From contig NC_042998.1 in NCBI RefSeq assembly GCF_006345805.1, positions 202,430,001 to 202,494,000 of the forward strand: a stretch of DNA of 64,000 nucleotides. The letters are read 5' to 3'. This document shows positions 51,516 through 64,000 of this stretch, piece by piece. The notes under the pieces were generated by a model. The model was not told the origin of the DNA, made no database searches, and was given only the letters and a program-made list of their open reading frames with translations. How positions within the stretch are numbered: position 1 is the first letter of the stretch; each line of letters begins with the position of its first letter. Made by a program: the position numbers and the translations under genes. This stretch comes from Octopus sinensis (Eukaryota).

Positions 51516-51989
51516 AATACATATATATATATATATATATACATATATGTATACATATATATATATGTTATATATATATATATATGCATACATATATGTA
51601 TATATATATATATGTATACATATATGTATATATATACATATATGTATATATATACATATATATATATATACATATATATATAATATATAATAATATATAT
51701 ATATATAAATACATACAATTGACAGATAAACATCAAGATATTAAAACTAATGGGAATTTTACTTTAAAACTGCAAGTAATATTGTCTTTTTTTCTACATG
51801 CTTTTCTTTCTGTTTCTTTTCTTTTTTTTATTGAAACAAATGAAAGCGAGAAGTACCGCAACGAACTAAGCAAACAAACAACCCTGTCCTACGTTTGATT
51901 TACAACTGTTATTTTCCTAAATTTAGTGAAAAATAAATTTCTGAAATAGTATAAATCAATAAATGAAAATATTTTCTTTACGGTTTTGT

Positions 51990-52034
51990 TATGCTGTTTT
52001 CTTTGTTTTCATTATCATTATTATCATTATTATT

Positions 52035-52088
<54 letters not shown>

Positions 52089-52424
52089 CATCTTCTTCTT
52101 TTTCTTTTTTCCTTCTTCTTCTTCTTCTTCTCTCTACTTCTTCTTCTCTTATTAGTATATTCATTATTATTATTATTTGTTGTTGTGTTTTTGTTGTTGG
52201 TGGTGTTCTTCTTTTCTTCTTTTCTTCTTCTTTTCTATTATTATTATATTATTATTATTATTATTATTTTATCAGATTGTTATTATTTTTTATCTTTATT
52301 ATTATTATTATTATTATTTAGTATTATTATTATTATTATCATATTGGTATATTATTATCTATCTTTATTATTATTATTATTATATTATTATTATCATTAT
52401 TGTTATTATTATTCTATCTGTATC

Positions 52425-52456
<32 letters not shown>

Positions 52457-52640
52457 TTATTATTATTATTATTATCATTATTTTATTATATTATATCTAT
52501 TATTCTTATTATTATTTTATTATTATTATTATTATCATTATTGTTATTATTATTATGATCTTTATTATATTATTATTATTATTATTATTATAGTTATTAT
52601 TATTATTATTATTATTTTTATCATTATTAACATTATTATA
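51990..52640. repeat. Degenerate (ATT)n/(CTT)n/(GTT)n microsatellite
   Basis: Direct inspection; explains the poly-I/L/Y ORFs. Confidence 0.95.
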
Positions 52641-53952
52641 GTTATGTTGTTTTTTTTTGCATTTTTGTTTAAAAGCGGACGTAATTTCTAAAAAGGTGAC
52701 ATAAAAGATTATAATCATTGATGAAGGTATTAAAATTTTTGATTTAGTGATAACTACTTTGGAAGCAATCTGGATGTCTATTGATTAGCGTCCTGTCGGT
52801 TGTAGGCCGACATAATTACAAAACTGAGGCAGACTATAAAACATTACAATATTCTATAGAGTTTCAAGTTTTGTATTAATGTTTTCTTTTTTATTTAAAT
52901 TTAAATTTTCTTTTCAGTGTTTTAATATTTTGTTATTTGATTGTAATTTTTTAAAATTTTATTTTTACTACTTTTTTTTCTTTTTGTAAAACATTTTTTT
53001 CTACATTTGATCATATAATTGCACAGTATAAAATCTATGGATAATTTATAATTGGAGATAACTTAGAAATCTGACTGGAGGGGGTTGGTGGGAGAGTTAA
53101 ATACGATAATTAATGTAAAATCTCAAATACTAAGTTGCCAAACGCTTTGCAATCAGAATGTCAAGCTTTTTCTTTTTTATTTGAACGTCACAGGTGAGAA
53201 AGGACGAACCTACCAGCTTGTTCAAAAATTTAAATTTTTCAAAACTATGCAAATTACAATTATATAAACAAGGTTTAGTGCATCATTTAATTATTTTAAT
53301 GATATTGTCGATGGTTTTGTTAGGCTGAAATGTCAATTAGCATAATCTTTTGCTTTTCGGTTACTTACAACTGAAGTGATAACTGATGATGTAGAGAAAA
53401 ATGAAATTCAATAAAAACTGGTTGTGTCATTTTAGCATCATATATTGATTAACAGACACAAATCTATTTATTACTTTTGAATAATTATTTATTGCTGTAC
53501 AATAATGTAGTTTCCACTCTGTGCAAGACACGAACAGGAAACATATATTGTTCAAGGACGAAGTATAGTGTCAATGAAATGTTATAAAAGTTATTTTTCT
53601 AAGTTTGCAAACGAACAGAGAAAATTGTGTAATCCATGGCAACGACATTATTTAGTAAACATACATTAAGAAGGACAGCGGCGGCCAATGAAAATGTGAT
53701 TCTTTGACACACGTTTTGTGTAATAAGTTCTCAGAATCTAAAAGAAATTGCTTGGCGCTGTAAGAAAACATATTGAACAAAACCAGCAGCACGTCCCTGA
53801 TGTCATGTATCTCTTCATAAAAAAGGACCCGTAGGGTCTTCATAGCACATATTTTCTCATTGTGTGGCGGGTTATGTGTTTTCTGCATCAACAGATTGGA
53901 AGCATTGTGAGTGAAATTGATACACGGAAAATCTGTGGAAACCCGGCGAGTG

Positions 53953-54031
<79 letters not shown>

Positions 54032-54293
54032 TTGTGTCTGTGTTTATCCCCCCACCATCATCATCGCTTAACTACTGGTGGTGGTTTGCTGACACCCTTG
54101 TAAATTAGTGTATCGGCAAAAGAGCCGATTATAATAAGTGACGGACTTAAAAATATGCGCTGGGGACAATCTGTTCGACCAAAACTCTTCAAGGTGTTGC
54201 CCATGTATGTTCGCAGTCCAGGGACTGAAACAAATAGCGATAAAAGATAAAAGACATTAATAAACTAACATTTATCAAAACATATGAACATAT

Positions 54294-54702
54294 AGGCGCA
54301 GGAGTGGCTGTGTGGTAAGTAGCCTGTTTACCAACCACATGGTACCGGGTTCAGTCCCACTGCGTGGCACCTTGGGCCAGTGTCTTCTACTATAGCCTCG
54401 GGCCGACCAAAGCCTGGTGAGTGGATTTGGTAGACGGAAACTGAAAGAAGCCCGTCGTATATATGTATATATATATATGCGTGTGTGTGTTTGTGTGAGT
54501 GTGTTTGTCCCCCTAGCATTGCTTGACAACCGATGCTGGTGTGTTTATGTCCCCGTTACTTAGCGGTTCAGCAAAAGAGACCGATAGAATAAGTACTGGG
54601 CTTACAAAAGAATAAGTTCCGAGCTCGAGTTACTCGATTAAAGGCGGTACTCCAGCATGGCCGCAGTCAAATGACTGAAACAAGTAAAAGAGTAAAAGAG
54701 TA
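54294..54702 (+). mobile_element. SINE family 1, full length
   Basis: aggcgcaggagtggctgtgtgg...gactgaaacaagtaaaagagtaaaagagta; degenerate 3' fragments at about 54020-54250 and 54705-54765. Confidence 0.93.
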
Positions 54703-54982
54703 TTCAAGACGGTGCTCCAGCATGGCTACATTCTAATGACTGAAACAAGTAAAAGGTAAAAGATTAAAAAGAACTACAAAATACTAATGAGTAATGTCTT
54801 GTAGAAACAGCTCTCATATTTTTCCTTAAATCTTACAACAATCCTCGGTATAAATGTCTGCACGACAATTTCTTTGATTCTGAAAGATTACAGTTTAAAT
54901 TTACTCTCAGATAATTCATAGTGAAAATTTAAAATTAAACATTGGTACTATAAAAATGCTAAAAGATATATTTTTTTTAAAT

Positions 54983-55390
54983 AGGCGCAGGAGTGGCTGT
55001 GTGGTAAGTAGCTTGCTAACCAACCACATGGTTCCGGGTTCAGTCCCACTGCGTGTCATCTTGGGCAAGTGTCTTCTGCTATAGCCCCGGGCCGACCAAT
55101 GCCTTGTGAGTGGATTTGGTAGACGGAAACTGAAAGAAGCCTGTCGTATATATGTATATATATATGTATGTGTGTTTGTGTGTCTGTGTTTGTCCCCCTA
55201 GCATTGCTTGACAAACGATGCTGGTGTGTTTACGTCCCCGTCACTTAGCGGTTCGGCAAAAAGAGACCGATAGAATAAGTACTGGGCTTACAAAGAATAA
55301 GTCCCGGGGTCGATTTGCTCGAATAAAGGCGGTGCTCCAGCATGGCCACAGTCAAATGACTGAAACAAGTAAAAGAGAAAAAAGAGAAAG
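54983..55390 (+). mobile_element. SINE family 1, full length
   Basis: Highly similar to 26251-26666 and 54294-54702. Confidence 0.93.
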
Positions 55391-57528
55391 AGGATATCTA
55401 TTTAAAACGTATTTTTATTTTATTTTTTATTTCTATTTTTATCTAGTTTCAGCTCACGAGGTGTGGCCATGCTGGGGGGGGGGGCCTTATGTAAATCTAA
55501 AATAAAGGGTATTATCTTATCTCTCTGTTGTATATGTGTGAAAACACTTGATGGGAAAAATTTTTTCGGCATATCACCATCAAATCATTTGCATTCGGAC
55601 AAATCTTCACTATATAATCTTGACCAGTGTGCATGCACTACCATTTCAACTGTTATTTCCATATATTAATAAAAATAATTTGCCGATGAATTTCTATTTT
55701 AAAATATTATACCAAACAGAAAAATTAATTATTTAATCGATAAGCAGGCAAAAATTCGCAAATCATCTGATTCAACGTGATTAGGAGGAACTACCAAAAA
55801 CAGTAGTGGGTCAGACAACAGTTACTTTGAATTCTTATTCAAATCCCTCCAAGAAATCATTAGTAATTATTCTATTGTAGTTTGCTAAATTGCTTTTAGT
55901 TACGGTGAACATGAAAGGCTTTCCATTGTTGACAATACTATATTCTGCCTGCGTAGATTACTTCACTTAATGTACTTTAGCTACTTTAAAAATAAACGGT
56001 AGTGTTCTCTTCAAGATAATTATGACTGATTGATTCTTCAGTGGTCAACAAAACTTATCGAGATTCAAAATTTATTCACTTCTGTGTATTTTCCATCTGA
56101 AACGCAGAGAAGAGTACCGTTATTTTATATAAACATTTTAGTGTTTCAACTATACAGAGGAAGTATTGCCAGAAAGAATTGTGCTGCTTAAACATGAAGA
56201 GTCGTTAGAATTGATACAATATCATACGCCGTTCTATACACATGAATCTACACCGCACTATACAGTTTCCTACTTGAGCAGTAAATTCTGAAACGCATTG
56301 TGACAACTTACTCAGGATATATTGGATATATTCCTTCTGTAAGCTGCTATGCGAGCAACACGGTTTGAAACCTGCACAGTACAGATGGAGTTATTAATTT
56401 TACAATACTTCGTGTTACAGAAAGTTTGAATATTCTATGCTCACTTAGTGACAACACATTAACTGATGTGAACCACAAAACTCTACATCTAAACAAAGAT
56501 GCCACGAGGAAAAGATATTACTTCAACAATGCAATGAATTAATAGATCTAGACGAGCTCGGTTGAAGTGTAAGAAATGCTTCGGTAGTGCCCGGACAGAA
56601 TACGAACTGTCAACATATCGATAATTAATGCTAGCAAGTATTGAACATGGTTGACATTCAGTAAAACCAATATTAATCACAGAAAGCAATATTAATAAAC
56701 TGTCAGCATATTTCGCAGCTCTGTCAGACAGATATATTAGATACAACGTTTATCTCAATTTTATTAATCATAAAAGCCTATTATGGGATACTATTATAAA
56801 TATAACGTAATTTCCCTCCTTATTTTCTACTGCTGCTTCCTACACATACACGAGCATATATATATGTGTGTGTGTGTATGTGTGTCTGTGTGTGCATCTG
56901 TGTGCGTGTGTGTATGAGTATGTGTATACATATATATGTCTATCATACACACGTAAACACCGTAGTAGAAGCCAAAGTTCATACTGGTTTGATTTATTCG
57001 CGATATTTTGTTTTGTGGAAGGAAACTTAAAACAACAATGTCAACGTAATGTCTTTAAAGTAATAATGCGCAATCATACTTAAACAATAAAGACAGCCGC
57101 ACTTCATATTAGCTGACATACACACTTGACACGGACAAACAATGTATTTCAAGTGAATTTGATAAATCTTTGTTCATGCTGTTTGAATTTTACACGTAGG
57201 CATACAACACACACACAAAATACAAAAATATATGTATACAGGTACATATATTCATACACACATACTTTATCGGTATGACAAAAAGGTCAGATGTCTAAGT
57301 TGCCATTTATACAGATGAGCCTCTCCCGTAAAATCGATTGGTAAAAGTCCTAAAATTGCTGCAAGGAAGCCATAAACCGAACACACCTTTTCTATTTTGT
57401 ATTGTGAAATAATTATCATATAAATAGACAGATATATATATAGAAACATACATATCAAATACACACGCACGCACACACAGACACACACAGACACACACAC
57501 ATACACACAGACACACACACATATCACG

Positions 57529-57572
<44 letters not shown>

Positions 57573-57818
57573 TTCAGATGAATATGGTACTTAAATTAAA
57601 GGCACCAGAATTTTGTATGGTATTATCCATATAAATCAAATGGGGTGATTATAATCAAAATAAGCAACAAAGATATCCAAAGGCAGTGTAGTACAATCGT
57701 TTCATGCTACTTCATTTAATTAAACAATGTATTACATCAGTTTTAAAATGTAGAGCATTCTTCAACCACATATGGAATTTTTTTAATTAAATTGACAATG
57801 TTCATTTATATATGTATA

Positions 57819-58559
57819 CTAGCATTAAAGACCCGTCGTTGCCGGGTCATAGTGCTAGTGCATGTATATATGTGTATATATATATATGTGTACATATTAC
57901 ATGTACATCTATATATATATACATCTACACATAAAATGCAAAAAGATATCTTTCATAGTCGCACCAAGACACTTTTCGAAGGTGCTTTCCTCCACCTATT
58001 CAAATCTTCTTTTTTCTCTACATTGTATACTTTATAGACAATAGTCTCTTCTTTAATTTAATTTTTTTATTATCCATCTGAACTAGTCCATTTCTGCACG
58101 CTAATTTTATTTTTAATTTATTCCCATTCATGTGAAACCACTTATTCAAGTTCAAATCATTGATGCAATTTTATACCAATTGCTATTTTAACTTTTGTTA
58201 TGTTACGATCATATTATACTTTAGTTTGATTTTAATTATTACTTAATACATATAATTCAACTGTTATTATTATTTTTATTGTTAAAGTGAAAGCATCTGA
58301 CATAAAATAGAGAAATATTTTTGTTTCACTTTTAACACGTAATACTGAAATAGTTGAGAAGATATGATATTGCTGTGGGCTCGCGCTAGGCAAAAAGTTT
58401 AAAAAGTCATTTGCCGAAAAGTCATTTGCCGATGACACTCCCCGGACCCTAAGTAAGGCATGTGTATAATTTGAATGAAATTGGTTGAGTAGTTCTCAAG
58501 TTTTAGGGAAACACACAAACAGACAGACAGACACACATTCTCAGTTTTATATATATAGA
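57819..58559 (-). mobile_element. Complete non-autonomous Helitron (741 bp)
   Basis: Minus: A|TCTATATAT...GACCCG-GCAACGA-CGGGTC hairpin...CTAG|T. Confidence 0.85.
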
Positions 58560-58726
58560 TATATAGCGAATACCCAGTATTTTATATATACGAAAAAGAA
58601 GCTCACTCAAAAGCATTTTTTAGGAAGTTAAATGTTATAACCGGTTATAAAGTGATCATTGGTTTCGCATCTCTAAAGTGCTTAGTAAGCACACTGAAAT
58701 GGCCGAAAGCGAGTAAATTCTATCCG

Positions 58727-58883
58727 ACTGGAGGAGGAAATACGTCACGGTCAGGTGGTCTTGTAAACAAAAGTTGTTTGTCTATGCTGGGGTGCTGCAG
58801 GCGAGAGTGAGTTTCCCCTATACATCCAGTGTGGCTGTGGTGATATTCGAAGGAGCCGGCCGTGACGTATTTCTTCCACCAGT
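58727..58883. repeat. 25-bp terminal inverted repeats around a ~105-bp spacer (MITE-like)
   Basis: ctggaggaggaaatacgtcacggtc versus ggccgtgacgtatttcttccaccag: 22 Watson-Crick pairs, 2 GU, 1 mismatch on the + strand. Confidence 0.75.
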
Positions 58884-58992
58884 TTTAGGGCAGGGAGGTT
58901 ATGCGTATCTAAGCATTTTAAGTCTGACGGGTGCTTTAAGGTATGAAACCAGTAGTCACTCTATGACCGGCCGTAACATTTAAGTTTCTCCT

Positions 58993-59038
<46 letters not shown>

Positions 59039-59045
59039 TATATTA

Positions 59046-59279
59046 TATATTATTATGGCTGCCCCCTCGTGATCGAGTATGGCCATTGCACGAAGCCTAA
59101 CTGTTACTGATGCTATGGTGGAAAGTGACTTTTTAGCCCAGCCAAAGATCTACAATGTCTTGTATGGAATTGGCAGCTAAAACTTTACCGGTAATAGCCG
59201 GCTGTAGTTGTAACTGGGCTTCATGTACCTTTGCAAGTCGTTTAAGTCCTCCTGCCGAATTACACTCTCTTCCACATGC

Positions 59280-59285
<6 letters not shown>
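59046..59285 (-). pseudogene. 3' end of an RTE-type LINE with two C2H2-like zinc-finger relics
   Basis: VACGRECNSAGGLKRLAKVH and CQFHTRHCRSLAGLKSHF (frameshifted), then ...CTCGATCACGAGGGGGCAGCC-ATAAT tail. Confidence 0.6.
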
Positions 59286-59317
<32 letters not shown>

Positions 59318-59341
59318 ATGTATGTATACACACATGCACAC

Positions 59342-59780
59342 ACACACATTACCTTTTGTTTAAGATTCTGGGAATTGACTTGAAGAGTTTTGACAAAATA
59401 AATCGACCCCAGTACTTATTTTCTCCTAAGCCTAGTAAATATTCTATCGGACATTTTGGTAAGGGGGGAGGGCTAACGCTAATTTACGAGAAAGTAAACA
59501 AACCAACACCAGTTGTCCAGGGATGGTGAGATAATAACACAAGTACAGATTCACATATCTATATTAACGTGTGTGTGAGTGTGTGTGTGTCTATGTGTGT
59601 GTCTGTGTGTGCGTGTGTGTGTGTGCAATGGACTCCTTTCAGTTTCCGTCTAGAAAATCCACTCACAAGGATTTGATCGGTCCGGAGCTATACCAGAAGA
59701 TACTTATCCTGTGTCCCACAGTGCGAATCATCCCGGAACCTTGTGACTGAGAAGCGAATTGCCTGCCACACCATCACGCC
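59342..59780 (-). mobile_element. SINE family 1, diverged copy
   Basis: aaatcgaccccagtacttatt...tttcagtttccgtctagaaaatccactcacaagg. Confidence 0.75.
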
Positions 59781-60023
59781 TGCACGTACGTATTTATATA
59801 CGGACATATATGTCCATAAGTGTGTATACCTTTATATATATACATTTGAAGAAATGTATATATATATATATATAATGTGAAATAGAAAGATGAATAATCT
59901 TGTAGTAGATTAATCAAAAGTTTAACCGATACCTTAGTAGCAAAAATCACAGCAGTAAACAGCACGGTTGGAGGTACAACCATCTGGCGTTGCAACCGTG
60001 CGTTTTGTGCGGATAATTGAAAT

Positions 60024-60186
60024 TAAAACATTATTGGTGAATTGAAGAAATGGAGCTGAACGCAGATTGAACAGAAATCGTTTTATTTCATTCTACACCG
60101 TGTTTCGAAACACGTGTAGAATGAAATAAAACGATTTCTGTTCAATCTGCGTTCAGCTCCATTTCTTCAATTCACCAATAACGTTT

Positions 60187-60188
<2 letters not shown>
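60024..60188. repeat. 165-bp near-perfect palindrome with no spacer
   Basis: Centre GTGTTTC|GAAACAC at 60106/60107; one mismatch and one bulged C over 82-bp arms. Confidence 0.95.
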
Positions 60189-60227
<39 letters not shown>

Positions 60228-60349
60228 GACAGATATGAGAGAATTCGGATGACATATGTTAACATTTTACATCAATATACGAAAACTATGGCATATGCAC
60301 AAGCCCAATGACAACACAAGAGCACACACATACAAATATCTACATACAT

Positions 60350-61172
<823 letters not shown>

Positions 61173-61752
61173 GAGAGAGATTGGGTGGAGAAAGAGGGAG
61201 AGAGAGAGAGAGAAACTAGATGATTCTATTGTTGTAGGAAACTTGATCCATTCTAATAATATTGTAATAAAATACCCCCTAGGTACATCTAAAAAGAAAC
61301 TACTTACACTCTGCTGCAAAAACAACTAGTAATAACAAAAACGTGCACAGCATCACGTCAGGATAAGATGTCATAAACAAGGCGAAGTTATCAGGAACAA
61401 ACACATTATAGACTAACACAATTAAACGCTTAAATTAACTGTCAGTCTCTGGAGTGGTTGTGTTAAACTTTCGGACAATACAGCTAAAATTTTTCGACTT
61501 CTAATCGTTGATTTGGTAATTGGATAAAATTAAATATGAGGAGACAACATCCTTTCACCTCTAGAGGTCACTCATGGGTCAGTGACAAGAGACAGCAAAA
61601 TTGATATTTTTCTGTTATACAGAAATTACAGACATCAAAATATGTCGATGAGATAATACAGTGGCAGCTCGGCTGCCTTCATTGATACACAATTACTTAC
61701 GCACAAACGCATAGGTGGGAGCGTAGACTTACAGCTGCATACACACACTGAG

Positions 61753-61791
<39 letters not shown>

Positions 61792-62074
61792 AACCTTATA
61801 CATGTGTGTGTGTATATATATATATATATACCTTATACGTATGTATATATATGTAGCACGGAAAATGGACGTTAAACGATGATGATGATGATGTATATAT
61901 ATATATATATGTGACAAAACATACATACATTCATATACATTATTTTTCTATAGAGATATACGCTGAAAGAGAAATGTCATTTCTCTTGTCATTTAACATA
62001 TTTGAAATTCATACATGTGTGTACGTGCTTCAGTTTTTGGTGGGGATGGACTTGTGTGGCCATATAAATATACA

Positions 62075-62122
<48 letters not shown>

Positions 62123-62289
62123 GACATTCTTACATACATACACATTCTGTTATTTTTCAACGTGTAGAATAAGTGCTCAATACACTATGTGGCGTGTGTC
62201 TATTATCCCATTCATATTCAGGAGTTCTTTTCTCTTCTGTATTCAGTTGGCCTTGGTAATGTTCTAATGTTCTGATTGAACCGCAATTT

Positions 62290-63300
62290 CATCTACCGCT
62301 GCTGTTTCCTTCTCTGAAATTTACCCTCTTTACTGCTCGTATATTTAAAAATGATAGTCTAAAGTTTACAATAGAACGTTTCTTCTTTTCAAAGCGAATA
62401 TTTGTAACATTTCAAGTATTCAGGAGCCGTTTATGTAGGGAATGAAATTGTCTATTATTGCCTTGTTTAACTTTGTATGACAGTGTTTTTAATTAAATTC
62501 GGAACAGTTGTCAATAGAGACGTTGCGTTACATTTTTGAACACTTACATAATGTGGATGTGAGTTGTGTGTATCCTTTGCATCCTTCGGATGGAACTCGT
62601 TTTGTCTGTTTGTTCTTGCTATATTGTTGCTTCGTAGATAATTATCTTACCTGTATTGTTTTATGGGGGTGGACACTTTTCTCTTAAGTGGCTTCTTGAT
62701 GTCTGCCCATTGTATTTACATCCCTTTTCGCGTATAGTTTAGTAGTTATGTAGCTAATTATACATTAGACAGCGTGTTTTGTTTTTGCATTTTGTGCTCT
62801 TGGGACTAACTTTTGAGATGTTTCTGCCGAATAGTTTGTCGTAACCACGACTAATTGACAACTGCTTCTAGATTGATGTTAGAAATTAGTTAAATTTGTC
62901 AATATGTTCATGCTAAAGGATGGGTTTAAGCAAACGATGACTATTTTCCCGGTTTTGTTTGGCTTATAACCTTTCTTTTTCTTCGAGTGCATTTATTCTA
63001 ATATTCATAATTTGTCTACATTTCTATCTTCTAATTTTCTAATTTTACCCACTTCTTCTTCGCTTATACAGCTTCAATAAACAACATTGCTTAGTTGAAT
63101 TCTATCTTTTTTTTGTGTGTGATTATGTAGAGATTGTACAGCATTTGTTGCCCTGTAAGTTGTTTATTGTTGATAGCAGTTAGCAGAAATACCATTTGTT
63201 GTATCCAGTGGCACTTCATTGTATATTTGTCAGCAATGTACCAGGAGGTAACCACAAGGCAGTTAAAGGTATAATACATAGAAAACACCTAATGCTAAAA
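62290..63300 (-). pseudogene. Highly decayed Penelope-like element, a different lineage from 47390
   Basis: LNPSFSMNILTN (WFNPPFS.NV.TN-like), YDKLFGRNISKVS (KIFNRN.VKVSY-like), CP...IIYEATI (GIY-YIG), IPYINGS; many stops. Confidence 0.65.
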
Positions 63301-64000
63301 TATTGATACTTTTGCCAATCAAAGCTAAAATTTAGATCATGAATATTATAGTGAGAGAAATGATGTCAGTTGGTGGGTGTGCTTTCGTATCCCATATTGC
63401 AGCCAAAAAGTTATTTTTTAAATATTAAATCCAGAAGATTGAGCATATTTTTCACCAAAGTCATAATGCAATCGACGTATCGTATCTTGAATCTACTGTT
63501 AGTGAATAGCAGCAGGGGTTATAGTCAAATCACTTTACCTATCAGGGCACTATACTCAGTAAGGTGATAGACTCAGTAACGAATGAGGTTACAGGATAAG
63601 CAAGGTCGATTCGGCATTTGAAAAACAGAGAAAATAAATCTGGTTTAACCAGCTGTTGGCGCTATAGAAGTGGAAATTCTACCGAGTACTATTCTTATTA
63701 CACAAATCGGAGACAGTCGTTTTACTGAAAACAGAAAAATGCATCTTTTCACAATAACACACATGAAACAAATAATGAAAATTTCTTCTGTGGAAAGCGA
63801 AACTCCTCAACACCTGAAAGATTTTGATGGAAGAAGACCACAACTTTACAAAGAAGAAAATGAATCGACAAAGCAAATACAATTGTTTCGCGATACGGTA
63901 AACGATGGTGGACCTCGATTGCGATATTAAAATGTAAAGTCGATGCCGACGAATGGATTTCAGCAGCTAATGAGATACAGTCAATAGGGAGAATGATTCA

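Noticed and set aside
55900-56800. Unique, less repetitive stretch with short open frames
   Set aside because: All frames interrupted and no motif recognised; left unannotated, as were 63660-64000 and 14760-14930
57695-57745. Minus-strand CTGATGT...GCAT-GAAAC in a PLE-like repeat
   Set aside because: A9 changed, stem II poor, no stem I pairing found

Overview
AT-rich, repeat-dominated eukaryotic genomic window with no confidently identifiable intact host protein-coding gene. The tRNA-derived SINEs and microsatellite load look like an octopus (cephalopod) genome; this is inference from pattern recognition, not a database search. Almost all ORF-track hits are microsatellite translations. Recognisable content: many copies of two tRNA-headed SINE families; decayed LINEs (CR1/L2-type, RTE-type, R4/Dong-type); three Penelope-like (GIY-YIG) relics; three Helitrons (one with a RepHel N-terminal relic); mariner fragments; a probable Helentron/DINE-1-like element carrying an 88-bp 18S rRNA fragment; and an (AAT)n-embedded ~550-bp non-coding element. 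The most interesting signal is a dense set of hammerhead ribozyme (HHR) motifs: seven complete or near-complete ones (2125-2237, 3082-3119, 5057-5091, 31065-31109, 31830-31865, 50421-50464, 51205-51255), one decayed (28608-28703) and one half-motif in a fold-back (60107-60123), from several unrelated repeat families. These include dimer-type minimal forms, core variants, one whose loop II is a microsatellite, one in a 357-bp terminally redundant retrozyme-like unit, and one downstream of a tRNA-Ser-like head at the 3' end of a Penelope element. All folds were read by eye and none was computed or tested.
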